A stretch of DNA of 64,000 bases from a bacterium UBP16_UBA6123 (lineage in GTDB: Bacteria; Muiribacteriota; UBA9980), in the NCBI GenBank assembly GCA_002423385.1, contig DIVV01000225.1:4109-68108 (forward strand). The letters run 5' to 3'. A program made the translations under genes and the position numbers. Shown piece after piece: positions 1 through 10,415 of this stretch (position 1 is its first letter; every line of letters begins with the position of its first letter). The notes below the pieces were generated by a model, which saw only the letters and a program-made list of their open reading frames with translations, searched no databases and was not told the origin of the DNA.

Positions 1-250
1 AGCTTTTCACCCATTCCGACGAATATTACCATTAAAAGAAGCGCCGACATGCTTTTTTTCAGCGCCAGAAATTCGATTAGTTTATTAAACAAAATAGATT
101 TTCCTTTCAACGCGTAAATAACCTGAGACATTATAAATTAATCGGGCAGCTTTGTCAATAATATACGATGTAACATATGGTTTGAATTTATTCCCTGTTT
201 ATGGTATCATGAACCGTTGATTATTAAAAATCGATAAAAGGAGTGTTTCG

Positions 251-1147
251 ATGCAGGTAGCTATTATAGGCATGGGCCGCATGGGCCTTAATATGGCGCA
301 CAGGTTAAACGATGCCGGGCATAAAACGGTCTGCTGGAACAGATCGGCGGAAAAAGAAAAAGAAGTTGAAGAATTCGGCGCAATATTTGTTAATAACATT
401 TCAGATATATCGAAGCATCTTGATAAAAGAAGAATTTATATAATAATGCTTCCGGCTGGCGATCTCGTCGATATGGCGGTCGGCGAAGTAATGAAATCGG
501 CCGAAGCCGGCGATATTATTATAGACGGCGGCAACTCCAATTACAAAGACACGATCGCTCGGGCTGAAATGATTTCAAAAAAAGGCTTTTCATTCATGGA
601 TTCCGGCACTTCAGGCGGCGTATGGGGCTATAAAAACGGCTACTGCCTGATGATCGGCGGCGAAAAAACGGATTTTGAATACTGCGAGCCGATTTTTCGC
701 AGCCTGGCGCCCGAAAACGGCTATCTGCACACCGGCGCGGCCGGAAGCGGCCATTACGTTAAAATGATACATAACGGCATTGAATACGGCATGCTCGCCG
801 CTTACGGCGAAGGTTTCGAGCTGATGAAAAAATCCGATTTCAACCTCGATCTGCATAAAATATCCCGCCTTTGGAATAACGGCAGCGTCGTACGATCGTG
901 GCTTTTAGAACTTCTTGAAAACGCGCTGGGTAAAAATCCCGATCTGGACGGCATAAAAGACTTCGTGGAAGACTCCGGCGAAGGCCGCTGGACGGTCGCG
1001 GACGCTATTGAAAAATCCGTCCCGGCGCCGGTTATTACTTTATCGCTTTTAAGCCGGTTCGTTTCAAGACAGGATGAATCATTTTCGGCTAAAATCATCG
1101 CCGCGCTCAGAAATGAATTCGGCGGTCATTCAATTAAAAAAGGTTGA
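251..1147 (+). CDS. gnd: 6-phosphogluconate dehydrogenase, short (~300 aa) decarboxylating form
   Basis: 298-aa ORF. Has the N-terminal Rossmann motif IIGMGRMG and the GSGHYVKMIHNGIEYG block typical of the 6PGDH family. Lies directly upstream of zwf and pgl. Confidence 0.85.
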   Translation: MQVAIIGMGRMGLNMAHRLNDAGHKTVCWNRSAEKEKEVEEFGAIFVNNISDISKHLDKRRIYIIMLPAGDLVDMAVGEVMKSAEAGDIIIDGGNSNYKDTIARAEMISKKGFSFMDSGTSGGVWGYKNGYCLMIGGEKTDFEYCEPIFRSLAPENGYLHTGAAGSGHYVKMIHNGIEYGMLAAYGEGFELMKKSDFNLDLHKISRLWNNGSVVRSWLLELLENALGKNPDLDGIKDFVEDSGEGRWTVADAIEKSVPAPVITLSLLSRFVSRQDESFSAKIIAALRNEFGGHSIKKG

Positions 1148-1154
1148 ATATTAA

Positions 1155-2708
1155 ATGAAAAACTGCGAAAATAATAATTATGCGCAAACATCCGGCGGCT
1201 TGAAGCAAAATAAAGCCTGTATCATAGCTGTTTTCGGCATAAGCGGCGATCTGGCGCGAAAAAAAATAATACCGGCCTTATTTAATTTATTCGACATGGG
1301 CCTGTTACACGAAAACACTCGCATAATAGGAATCGGACGGCGTAAATATTCGAATATCGAATATAACGAATATATTAAAAATACCGTGAATAATAAACCG
1401 CCCTGTAACCGTGAAAACCGTAAAAATTATTCATGCAAAGAAAAAATCGAAAATTTCATGCTTATAAATAATTATCACGCCGCCGATTTTACTAATCCTG
1501 AAGAATACGCCGCTATAAAGAATTTTTTAAAACAAACGGCCTCGGAAAATAAAATATGCGATTTTTTATATTACCTTTCCACGCCGCCGGATAATTTTGA
1601 ACATATAATAACTTCGCTGCATCAATCAGGCCTGTCCAAACCGGATTTTCTCGATATTTCATGCGCCGGCTCGTTCGTGCGCGTCGTTATAGAAAAACCT
1701 TACGGCTACGACATAGCCAGCGCGCGCGCGCTGAATGAAAAAGTGCTTTCCATTTTTTGCGAAGACCAGATATACCGAATAGACCACTATCTCGGAAAAG
1801 AAACCATCCAGAACATAATGATATTCAGGTTCATCAACGGCATATTCGAACCCGTATGGAACCATAACTATATAGACAACGTCCAGATTAAAGTTTACGA
1901 AGCCGAAGGCATAGGCAGCCGGGGTAATTATTTTGACAAATCCGGGATAATAAGAGATATAATTCAAAATCATTCATTGCAAATACTTTCAATGATAGCG
2001 ATGGAGCCTTCGGCATCTATTGACGCAAACAGCGTCAGAAACGAAAAGTTAAAGGTGCTTCAATCCATAAGACCTTTCGATACCGATAATCCCGGAGCGT
2101 CTATCGTAACGGGCCAGTACGAAACCGGAATTATCGACGGCCTGCCGGTAAAAGGATACACCGACGAAGATAATATAAATAAAAACTCGGCCACCGAAAC
2201 TTTCGCGGCCATAAAACTTTTTATAGATAACTGGCGCTGGGCGGGGGTTCCCTTTTACCTTTGCGCGGCAAAGCGCATGCCGGAGCGCTTAAGCGAAATA
2301 ATAATAACTTTCAAGCCGGCGCCGCATTTAATATTTAACAATCTTTGCGCTTCACAGGAAGCCGTTTCAAATGAACTTACAATTAGAATTCAGCCGGATG
2401 AAGGCATTTCATTAAAAATATTCTGCAAGCAGCCCGGTTTCGAAACCCGGCTTCAACCGGTATTGATGAATTTCAATTATTCGGCTTCATTCGATCAAAA
2501 GATGCCGGAAGCATACGAGCGGCTCATACTCGACGCTCTCAACGGCGACGCCACTTTGTTTATGCGCTCGGATGAAATAGAAACCGCGTGGAATTATATA
2601 ACGCCTATTTTAAAATGCCTGGAGCAAAAACGCGTTACGATCAATAAATACGCCGCGGGCTCGCTCGGCCCTAAACTCTGCGAATTTTTCGGACTGGATT
2701 TATGTTAG
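1155..2708 (+). CDS. zwf: glucose-6-phosphate 1-dehydrogenase
   Basis: 517-aa ORF with the NADP-binding motif FGISGDLARKK and the catalytic signature RIDHYLGKE. Confidence 0.93.
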   Translation: MKNCENNNYAQTSGGLKQNKACIIAVFGISGDLARKKIIPALFNLFDMGLLHENTRIIGIGRRKYSNIEYNEYIKNTVNNKPPCNRENRKNYSCKEKIENFMLINNYHAADFTNPEEYAAIKNFLKQTASENKICDFLYYLSTPPDNFEHIITSLHQSGLSKPDFLDISCAGSFVRVVIEKPYGYDIASARALNEKVLSIFCEDQIYRIDHYLGKETIQNIMIFRFINGIFEPVWNHNYIDNVQIKVYEAEGIGSRGNYFDKSGIIRDIIQNHSLQILSMIAMEPSASIDANSVRNEKLKVLQSIRPFDTDNPGASIVTGQYETGIIDGLPVKGYTDEDNINKNSATETFAAIKLFIDNWRWAGVPFYLCAAKRMPERLSEIIITFKPAPHLIFNNLCASQEAVSNELTIRIQPDEGISLKIFCKQPGFETRLQPVLMNFNYSASFDQKMPEAYERLILDALNGDATLFMRSDEIETAWNYITPILKCLEQKRVTINKYAAGSLGPKLCEFFGLDLC

Positions 2709-3502
2709 AAATAAAATACGATAAAAACATCGCTGAACTACAAAATATATTCGCTTTTTCCTCGCTGAATTTAATTTTAAACAATCAGGCGGCAGGCAAA
2801 AAAACGGTCATAGGCTTAAGCGGCGGTAAAACGCCCTCTTCTTTTTATTCGCGCCTGGGCGAACTTTCAAATTCGGAAGCCTTCGCGGGTATCGAGTGGA
2901 AAGCCGTATTTTTTTTTATGGGCGACGAAAGGCATGTCACTCTCGATTCAAAAGAATCTAATTATAAAAACGCCGCAGATTCGCTTTGTTATAATTCTAA
3001 AATACCGCGTGAAATTATTTATCCGCTTAATTTTGATTTATTTACGCCCGCCCTTATCGCGGCCGGTTACGAATCTGAAATTATTAAAAAAACCGACAGC
3101 GGCGGATTATTCGATTTATTGATACTCGGAATGGGCTCTGACGGCCACACTGCATCTTTATTTGAACGCACCGTTTACGAAACGCCAATAAACAAATCGC
3201 CGGGCTTATACGGATCGGGTCTCGCCTGTTTTAACGATGGTGCCAGCCGCACAGGCCGTATTTTCATTTCTCATTACGTTCCCAAATTATCGTCGATACG
3301 CTACAGCCTCACCATGAACGCCATTTTATCCGCTCATTTTATAATAATGCTCGTAACCGGCGATGAAAAAAATGAAATTTTAAAAACTGCCATGACGATT
3401 GAAAATAAAATAAATGAAATTCCGGCCGCCGCTTTATTTAAAGCCGCTAAAAACAACTCGCCGCCTTTTATAACTTTAATCACCGATATCGGGCCTTTAT
3501 AA
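2702..3502 (+). CDS. pgl: 6-phosphogluconolactonase
   Basis: 266-aa ORF overlapping the zwf stop by 7 nt. Carries the GLSGGKTP and LGMGSDGHTASLF motifs of the Pgl/NagB family. Confidence 0.85.
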   Translation: MLEIKYDKNIAELQNIFAFSSLNLILNNQAAGKKTVIGLSGGKTPSSFYSRLGELSNSEAFAGIEWKAVFFFMGDERHVTLDSKESNYKNAADSLCYNSKIPREIIYPLNFDLFTPALIAAGYESEIIKKTDSGGLFDLLILGMGSDGHTASLFERTVYETPINKSPGLYGSGLACFNDGASRTGRIFISHYVPKLSSIRYSLTMNAILSAHFIIMLVTGDEKNEILKTAMTIENKINEIPAAALFKAAKNNSPPFITLITDIGPL

Positions 3503-3577
3503 CCGGCGCCTTTTCGAGACCCTTATCCCTGCGCATATCATAAAACACTAATTACTCTATAAAAGCCAATAAAACAT

Positions 3578-3607
3578 TTGACAAATTATATCATTATTTA
3601 GTAAAAT
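3578..3607 (+). promoter_or_regulatory. sigma70-like promoter (TTGACA, 18-nt spacer, TAAAAT)
   Basis: TTGACA at 3578-3583 and TAAAAT at 3602-3607, about 50 nt upstream of the ATG at 3658 (RBS GAAGGAG). Confidence 0.5.
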
Positions 3608-3657
3608 GATTTTTTACAGCAACTTAGCAACTTAGCTAAATTAGAAGGAGAAAATAA

Positions 3658-4428
3658 ATGCCCCCCAAATTTTCAGAGCTGAAAGTGCTCTCGGATTCAG
3701 ACAGGCGCAAGATACAAAAACAGCGCGACGCCGAAAAAAAAATCACGGACGAAAAAAACGAAGAAAAAGCTTTTAAAACAAAAATTGTAGTTACGATCAT
3801 AAGTCTTTTCACCATAGCGGCGGTTTCTATAATAATCTATTTTGTCGCCAATAAGCGCACCGACGAAATACAGCAAAAACAGGCGAAACAAATCGAAATT
3901 AAATTTCCCGCCGGCGAAATTTTCAAATTCGATTCCATTACTAAAATATGGGAAAAGCCGTCAACGCGCTTCGTCGAAGAAGGCGGAGGCATAAGAACCG
4001 CAAAAGGTGGAAATATAACTTTGCTTCTTTCAAAAAACAGACAGATGAAACTTTTTGAAAACTCGGAAGTCATGTTTAACACTATTTCGCCCAATCCCGA
4101 AAATATAGAATTTTTAAATATCAACGCCTTTTTCGCCAAAGGCGGCGCTAATTTTGAAATAGGCCCCGGCCCCTGCACTCTGGATATAAACACCGAAATA
4201 TTAACCGTTAAAATGCCTCAAAATTTTGCGGCGCTTTTTAAAATGCAGTACAGAAAAATAAATAAGGTAGATTCAATTAGAATTGCCGTTAAATCAGGCA
4301 GAATACAGGTATTAAATAAAAAAACGCAGAACATTTACGATCTTGACAGCCTCAATGAAATGAGCATCGATAAAAACAATCAAATAACAGGCCCCTCGAG
4401 GTTTCCCGCCTCATCGGAGGTATTTTAA
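3658..4428 (+). CDS. hypothetical membrane-anchored protein (charged N-terminus, one TM segment, beta-rich FecR-like C-terminal region)
   Basis: 256-aa ORF with a strong RBS (GAAGGAG). TM segment [21 protein letters not shown]. Function is not recognisable. Confidence 0.6.
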   Translation: MPPKFSELKVLSDSDRRKIQKQRDAEKKITDEKNEEKAFKTKIVVTIISLFTIAAVSIIIYFVANKRTDEIQQKQAKQIEIKFPAGEIFKFDSITKIWEKPSTRFVEEGGGIRTAKGGNITLLLSKNRQMKLFENSEVMFNTISPNPENIEFLNINAFFAKGGANFEIGPGPCTLDINTEILTVKMPQNFAALFKMQYRKINKVDSIRIAVKSGRIQVLNKKTQNIYDLDSLNEMSIDKNNQITGPSRFPASSEVF

Positions 4429-4429
4429 A

Positions 4430-7327
4430 TTGAACTCAAAAGACGCTATTATTATAAAAGGCGCGCGGCAGCATAATCTTAAAAACGTTTCAACCGACAT
4501 ACCAAGAAATAAATTCGTAGTAATTACCGGCCTGTCAGGCTCCGGCAAATCCACGCTCGCCTTTGACACGCTTTATGCCGAAGGCCAGAGACGTTATATA
4601 GAATCTCTGAGCAGCTATGCGCGCCAGTTTTTAGGCCGCATGGATAAACCCGACGTAGATTCGATCGAAGGGCTTTCACCGGCTATTTCGATCGCGCAAA
4701 AATCCATATCGCACAATCCGCGCTCGACGGTCGGAACGGTCACTGAAATTTACGATTATATGAGACTTTTATATGCCCGCATAGGCGAAGCTCACTGCCC
4801 TGAATGTAAAATTCCGATACAAAAACAGACCGTTCAGGATATAGTAGATAAAATAATGGCTTTTCCCCCTGGAACCAAACTGCGGATACTCGCGCCGATA
4901 GTCCGGGCAAGAAAAGGCCAGTTTCAGGATATGCTCGCTAAAATAAAAAAAAGCGGATATACCCGCGTAAGAATCGATTCCATTGAATACGAAGAAGATT
5001 TCATCAACGTTAATATCGATAAAAATAAAAAACACTCCATCGAAGTTATAGTTGACAGGCTCGTAGTCAAGCCCGAAATAGGCAACCGCCTGCCAGCCTC
5101 CATAGAAACCGCGATAAAGCTCGGCGAAGGCCTGGTGATAATAGATAAAATAGGCGATAAAGAAGAAGTTTACTCTGAAAATTATGGCTGCACTAAATGC
5201 GGCTTTTCGCTTTCAGAAATAGAGCCGCGCATTTTTTCGTTTAACTCGCCCCAGGGCGCCTGTCCGCAATGCCACGGCCTGGGAGCTAAAATGGAGATCG
5301 ACCCCAACCTTCTGATACCTGATAAAAATAAAAAGTTAAAAGACGGCGCTATAGCGCCTTTCAAAGGCCAGTCTAATTTTTTCTGGAAAATGCTCGCTCA
5401 GGTGGCCGAACACTATAAATTCACGCTCGATACAACCTGGAATAAACTCAATATCAACCAACAGGAAGTGCTTTTATACGGCACGGGCAACGAAGATATA
5501 AAATTTAACATGACCTTCGGCAACAACGGCTCATACACCTATAATAAACCCTACGAGGGCATAATACCGCTCTTAGAAAGGCGCTACGAACAGTCGCAGT
5601 CCGAATCGGTAAGGGCCGAAATAATGAGTTATATGAGCATGATAAAATGCCCGGCCTGCGCCGGAAAGCGTCTTAAAAAAGAAGTGCTGTCCATATTAAT
5701 CAACGGTTCGTCCATAATGGACGTTGCTTCTAAATCCATTAAAGAAGCTAAAGAATTTTATTTAAACGTCGAATTAAACCCGCGCCAGGTATTAATAGCG
5801 CGCGAAATATTAAAAGAAATTAATTCGCGTCTCGAATTTTTGCTTCACGTCGGCCTCGATTATCTTTCACTCGACCGCGCCGCATCCACTTTATCGGGCG
5901 GCGAAAGCCAGCGTATAAATCTGGCCTGCCAGATAGGTTCAGGATTGGTCGGCGTTCTTTATATACTCGACGAACCTTCCATCGGCCTGCATCAACGCGA
6001 TAACGAAAAACTGCTCAAAACGCTCAATCACCTGCGTGATCTTAATAATACTCTGGTGGTGGTAGAACACGACGAACAGACTATTTTATCGGCCGATCAC
6101 GTAATAGACATGGGACCCGGGGCCGGAGAATACGGCGGCAATATAGTGTTCAGCGGAACTCCTGAAATGATGGTTAAAAACGGCAATTCGCTCACTTCTA
6201 AATATCTTCGCAGAGACCTCGAAATAAAAGTGCCTCAAAGCAGGCGCGAAATTAAAAACGGCGCTAAAATCGAAATAAAAGGCGCGAGGGAAAATAATCT
6301 CAAAAATATAAACGTTTCGATACCTCTCGGCAAACTTACATGTGTAACGGGCGTATCAGGTTCCGGCAAATCCACTTTAATAAACGAAATACTATATAAA
6401 CACTTAATGAAGCACTTTCACGCCACCCGCATTAAATCAGGCGAATGTGATTCGATAACGGGCCTGGATAAAATAGACAAGGTAATCGACATAGACCAGT
6501 CGCCGATAGGCCGCACGCCTCGTTCAAATCCGGCCACTTATATAAACGTTTTTAATAATATACGCGAGCTTTTCGCCCTTACCGCCGAAGCCAGAGCGCG
6601 CGGCTACACGGCATCGCGCTTCAGTTTTAACGTCAAGGGCGGCCGCTGTGAAACCTGCGAAGGCGACGGCATCATAAAAATAGAAATGCAGTTTTTATCC
6701 GATGTTTATATTGAATGCGAACAATGCCGCGGCAGCAGATATAACCGTGAAACGCTCGAAATAAAATACAAAGGCAAAAGTATATCGGAAATACTCGCCT
6801 CGCCCGTAGATGAAATGGTCGATTTTTTCTCGAATATACCGCAGATATACCGCAAGGTGAAATGCCTTCAGGACGTAGGGCTCGGCTATATAAGACTCGG
6901 CCAGAGCTCCACGACGCTTTCCGGCGGCGAAGCGCAGAGAATAAAATTAGCTTGCGAATTAGCCAAAGTATCTACTGGAAACACTCTTTACCTTCTCGAC
7001 GAACCCACTACCGGACTTCATTTTGCCGACATACACAGGCTTATCGAAGTTTTAGCGAGGCTCGTAGACGCGGGAAACAGCATCGTAGTAATAGAGCATA
7101 ACCTCGACGTAATAAAAATGGCCGATCATATAATAGATCTGGGTCCCGAAGGCGGAAACGAAGGCGGATACGTAGTCGCTTCCTGCACGCCCGAAGAGCT
7201 CGTTAAAGTTAAAAACTCATATACCGCAAAATTTTTAAAAAAATGCCTCGACGACTCCCGCCCGGCTCCGGCCTCAGCAGCAGCAGCGCCGCCGGTTAAA
7301 TTAAAAAAGGCAAAAGGCAAGGCTTGA
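4430..7327 (+). CDS. uvrA: excinuclease ABC subunit A
   Basis: 965-aa ORF with a TTG start. Has two ABC ATPase modules ([18 protein letters not shown]; [16 protein letters not shown]) and zinc-finger CxxC pairs. The N-terminus [13 protein letters not shown] is typical of UvrA. Confidence 0.97.
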   Translation: MNSKDAIIIKGARQHNLKNVSTDIPRNKFVVITGLSGSGKSTLAFDTLYAEGQRRYIESLSSYARQFLGRMDKPDVDSIEGLSPAISIAQKSISHNPRSTVGTVTEIYDYMRLLYARIGEAHCPECKIPIQKQTVQDIVDKIMAFPPGTKLRILAPIVRARKGQFQDMLAKIKKSGYTRVRIDSIEYEEDFINVNIDKNKKHSIEVIVDRLVVKPEIGNRLPASIETAIKLGEGLVIIDKIGDKEEVYSENYGCTKCGFSLSEIEPRIFSFNSPQGACPQCHGLGAKMEIDPNLLIPDKNKKLKDGAIAPFKGQSNFFWKMLAQVAEHYKFTLDTTWNKLNINQQEVLLYGTGNEDIKFNMTFGNNGSYTYNKPYEGIIPLLERRYEQSQSESVRAEIMSYMSMIKCPACAGKRLKKEVLSILINGSSIMDVASKSIKEAKEFYLNVELNPRQVLIAREILKEINSRLEFLLHVGLDYLSLDRAASTLSGGESQRINLACQIGSGLVGVLYILDEPSIGLHQRDNEKLLKTLNHLRDLNNTLVVVEHDEQTILSADHVIDMGPGAGEYGGNIVFSGTPEMMVKNGNSLTSKYLRRDLEIKVPQSRREIKNGAKIEIKGARENNLKNINVSIPLGKLTCVTGVSGSGKSTLINEILYKHLMKHFHATRIKSGECDSITGLDKIDKVIDIDQSPIGRTPRSNPATYINVFNNIRELFALTAEARARGYTASRFSFNVKGGRCETCEGDGIIKIEMQFLSDVYIECEQCRGSRYNRETLEIKYKGKSISEILASPVDEMVDFFSNIPQIYRKVKCLQDVGLGYIRLGQSSTTLSGGEAQRIKLACELAKVSTGNTLYLLDEPTTGLHFADIHRLIEVLARLVDAGNSIVVIEHNLDVIKMADHIIDLGPEGGNEGGYVVASCTPEELVKVKNSYTAKFLKKCLDDSRPAPASAAAAPPVKLKKAKGKA

Positions 7328-7330
7328 TAT

Positions 7331-8830
7331 ATGCACTCAGAAGTTTTTAGCATATTAAACGACGACGAGTTCGCCAGTTTTATATGCACCGAATGCGAAG
7401 GCATTTTCGATAAAAAAGCGGATAATTGCCCTAAATGCAAGGCTGCGGGCGCTATCGTCAAAATAGAGATAACTCCGAAACTCTATGACGACGATTTCGG
7501 CCTTTTCGACGATACCGAAGACTGCTTCCAGACGGATGGTTCCGGCCCCTGCCAGCTTGTTTCAGCCTCAAAAGCCGGTCTCAAACTCGAAGACGACCAA
7601 TTCGACGTTAAAATCAGATCGTGTTCGAGCGGTATAAACGAATTCGATTCTTTATTCGGCGATAAAGCCATCATGGGCACTCTCAATCTTTTTATAGGAG
7701 CGCAGGCGAGCGGAAAAACTGCATTTTTCATAAAAATAGCCGAAGGATATTCAAAAAGCGGCCATAAAACGCTTTACGTTTCTTCCGAAGAATCCAACTG
7801 GCAGATTACCGACAGGCTTCAACGCATGAATATCAACGCGCCTAAATTATTTTTAAGCCAGGCAAACGACATGGATTTCGTTTTAAACGAAATCAACGGC
7901 CATAAGCCCGATGTGGTCTTTTTAGACTCGATGTCGGGGTTTTTCAGAAAACAGATAGACGCCATACAATCTTCGAATATTCAAATTCGCGAATGTGCCG
8001 CCGAACTCGCTAAAATCGCCAAGGAAAAAAATGTAACCATCTTCGCCGTGGCTAATAACGTAAGTTCATCCACCGTACACGAGTTTGAAATGATATCTTA
8101 TTTTTTCGACTCTATTTTGCATTTCGAGCCTCTATCGGATAATATAAAACTCGCGCGCGTCAAAAAAAACCGCAATTCCCACTCTGAAGCAATATCGCTT
8201 TTTTATTCCGATCACAGCAGCTTGAGGCCTTTATCTAAAACCGAATACGAAACCGTTTCAGGCAGGGCGCTCGATAATAAAACCGGCGGCTACAATATTG
8301 GAAAAATAAGCTGTTTTTACGACGAATGCGGCCTCGACATGTACAACGAGCTTGAATCGATAGTCGGCGGATTTTCCCTTTCGACTCCGCGCTGGAACAT
8401 ATCTTCAGCAATAAAACACGACACTTTCGAAACAATAGCCATGATAGTCGAAAAATATAACGAAATCAACCTGCACGATAAAAATATAAATATAAGGCTT
8501 AAAAGCCCGGCACATGTCACTAACGAAGATTTCAACCTTTCCATAGCGGCTTCGATCATTTCGAGTTACTACAATATAGCCGTATCCAATCAGGTTTTAT
8601 TCATAGGCGGCATCGACTACAGCGGCGCGGTAACGCCGGCGCGTCTCACTTCCAGGCAGCTTGACGGCATAAAAAATTCAGGCTTTAAAACTATCATATC
8701 CTCAAATTTAAAAAAAGAAGACTTCGAAAACCATTCAAGTGAAGTTAATTTCCATAATATTCAAAATATTAAATATCTGCGCGAATTACTATCAAGCCTG
8801 TCTTTAGAGGCTGAAAAAACAAAGCGTTAG
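7331..8830 (+). CDS. divergent RadA/Sms-like DNA repair protein
   Basis: 499-aa ORF. N-terminal zinc ribbon CTECEG..CPKCK, RecA-like P-loop GAQASGKT, a degenerate KNRFG-type motif (VKKNRNSHSE) and a Lon-like C-terminal region (FIGGIDYSGAV). Confidence 0.55.
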   Translation: MHSEVFSILNDDEFASFICTECEGIFDKKADNCPKCKAAGAIVKIEITPKLYDDDFGLFDDTEDCFQTDGSGPCQLVSASKAGLKLEDDQFDVKIRSCSSGINEFDSLFGDKAIMGTLNLFIGAQASGKTAFFIKIAEGYSKSGHKTLYVSSEESNWQITDRLQRMNINAPKLFLSQANDMDFVLNEINGHKPDVVFLDSMSGFFRKQIDAIQSSNIQIRECAAELAKIAKEKNVTIFAVANNVSSSTVHEFEMISYFFDSILHFEPLSDNIKLARVKKNRNSHSEAISLFYSDHSSLRPLSKTEYETVSGRALDNKTGGYNIGKISCFYDECGLDMYNELESIVGGFSLSTPRWNISSAIKHDTFETIAMIVEKYNEINLHDKNINIRLKSPAHVTNEDFNLSIAASIISSYYNIAVSNQVLFIGGIDYSGAVTPARLTSRQLDGIKNSGFKTIISSNLKKEDFENHSSEVNFHNIQNIKYLRELLSSLSLEAEKTKR

Positions 8831-8962
8831 TTATATAGCAGATACAGTCGGCGCTCCTTTTAAAAGTTGCGTTAACTGCTCTATTTAATATATTCAATAA
8901 TCAAAATATTTTTAATATTGAGGCAGTCATTGACTTTTTTTCTTTTTTTTTTTAAAAACCCC

Positions 8963-8991
8963 TTGACTTTAGGCAAAAACTTTTATATAAT
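8963..8991 (+). promoter_or_regulatory. consensus sigma70 promoter (TTGACT, 17-nt spacer, TATAAT) for the HU gene
   Basis: TTGACT at 8963-8968 and TATAAT at 8986-8991. A T-rich UP-like tract lies upstream, and the RBS AAAGAGGTG precedes the GTG at 9027. Confidence 0.6.
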
Positions 8992-9026
8992 GAAATTACC
9001 AAATAAAATTAAAGAGGTGTTTTACA

Positions 9027-9302
9027 GTGAACAAAGCAGATCTCATCGATGCTATCGCAAAAGACGTTTCTATCGCAAAAAGCGCAACGGCTAACGTTAT
9101 CGACTCATTTATCGAAACAGTAAAACGTTCGCTCAAAAAAGGCGAAAAAGTTACATTAATGGGTTTCGGTTCCTGGGAAGTTCGCGAGAGAGCCGCACGC
9201 GTTGGCAGAAATCCTCAGACCGGCAAAGAAATCAAAATCAAAGCGAAAAAAGTTCCTAAATTCAATCCTGGAAAAGAATTAAAAGAAGCCGTTGCAAAAT
9301 AA
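9027..9302 (+). CDS. hup: DNA-binding protein HU
   Basis: 91-aa ORF with a GTG start. MNKADLIDAIA...GFGSWEVRERAARVGRNPQTGKEIKIKAKKVPKFNPGK is a classic HU/IHF-fold sequence. Confidence 0.93.
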   Translation: MNKADLIDAIAKDVSIAKSATANVIDSFIETVKRSLKKGEKVTLMGFGSWEVRERAARVGRNPQTGKEIKIKAKKVPKFNPGKELKEAVAK

Positions 9303-9344
9303 TTTTGCTTAGCATTCGAGATTCTTTTTGAATTTTATCAAAAG

Positions 9345-9375
9345 CTCCCGTCGTTTTTTACGGCGGGAGTTTTTG
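9345..9375 (+). terminator. Rho-independent terminator after the HU gene
   Basis: Stem CTCCCGTCG / CGGCGGGAG (one G-T wobble), loop TTTTTTA, followed by TTTTTG. Confidence 0.7.
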
Positions 9376-9500
9376 TTGCCATATTTATTTACTATACACG
9401 TTATTTATTAAATTTGATTTTATTACGATATTATGTTATCATGTAATCTATCAATAAATGATTATCTAAATTTCAAATCTAGTTCAGGGGTAAATTTTAT

Positions 9501-9956
9501 ATGCCTTCTATAGCTAAGTTAATAAATCCTAAATTAGTGGCGTTAAATATAAAGGCGGCGGAAAAATCATCCGCCATATCGTCTTTATGCGAATTAATAT
9601 CGCAAAATATTAAATGCGACCCGGAAAGTCTTTACAACACCATAATGAACCGCGAAAGCCTTCAGTCAACAGCGGTAGGCCACGGCATCGCGCTTCCCCA
9701 CGCCCGATGTGAAGTGGATACTTTTATAGTGGCGGCGGCGGTCAGCGAAAAAGGAATGAATTTTAATTCAATCGATAACTTGCCGGTAAATTTAGTTTTT
9801 TTGATTATTTCGCCTAAAAACGAAACTTCGAATTACCTTCAAATGCTTTCTCAGATAGCCGCATTACTCAACAGCGAAAAGATCAGAAAAGAACTTATCG
9901 CAGCTAAGACGCCTGAAGAGTTTATCGATATAATCAAAAAAAATGAAAGAAGGTAA
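9501..9956 (+). CDS. PTS EIIA type-2 domain protein (PtsN / EIIA-Ntr-like regulator)
   Basis: 151-aa ORF. GHGIALPHAR carries the phosphorylatable His motif of the fructose/mannitol-type EIIA family. No EIIB or EIIC is nearby. Confidence 0.8.
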   Translation: MPSIAKLINPKLVALNIKAAEKSSAISSLCELISQNIKCDPESLYNTIMNRESLQSTAVGHGIALPHARCEVDTFIVAAAVSEKGMNFNSIDNLPVNLVFLIISPKNETSNYLQMLSQIAALLNSEKIRKELIAAKTPEEFIDIIKKNERR

Positions 9957-9962
9957 TAGATA

Positions 9963-10412
9963 TTGCTTGTAAAAGAATTTATGAGAACTGAATTCAGAAC
10001 GGTCGCCGAAGCGATGCCTATACCTGAACTCGCCAGGCTTTTCGTTACCGAAAAAGAAGAAGGCTATCCTGTAGTCAACAACCATCAGGAAATAGTCGGC
10101 TTTGTCACGGTGCGCGACCTTTTACAAGTTTTTCTGCCTAATTACATAAGAAATATTTCGGATTTTTTCGATTATTCAGACAATTTCGGATACCTTGAAA
10201 TATTTTATATGCGCGGCAAAGGAAATTTATTCATAGTAGAAGACATAATGAATTACAACGTGCTTGCCATAAGCGGGGATGCCTCGCTCACAAAAGCTCT
10301 TGTAATGATGTTTTTAAATAAAATTAATATGCTGCCGGTATTGCGCGGGCCTAAAATACTCGGCGTTATTAAACAGCGCGATATAATATCGGTGCTTTTT
10401 GAAGGAAGCTAA
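9963..10412 (+). CDS. CBS domain pair protein
   Basis: 149-aa ORF with a TTG start and two CBS-like repeats (..YPVVNNHQEIVGFVTVRDLL.. and ..MLPVLRGPKILGVIKQRDII..). Confidence 0.75.
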   Translation: MLVKEFMRTEFRTVAEAMPIPELARLFVTEKEEGYPVVNNHQEIVGFVTVRDLLQVFLPNYIRNISDFFDYSDNFGYLEIFYMRGKGNLFIVEDIMNYNVLAISGDASLTKALVMMFLNKINMLPVLRGPKILGVIKQRDIISVLFEGS

Positions 10413-10415
10413 AAA

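Noticed and set aside
1-131. Open minus-strand frame starting at ATG 131-129 and running off the left edge (MSQVIYALKGKSILFNKLIEFLALKK...)
   Set aside because: Only 43 codons are visible, there is no convincing RBS and no recognisable motif. It may be the 5-prime end of a divergent gene, but this cannot be supported from the window.
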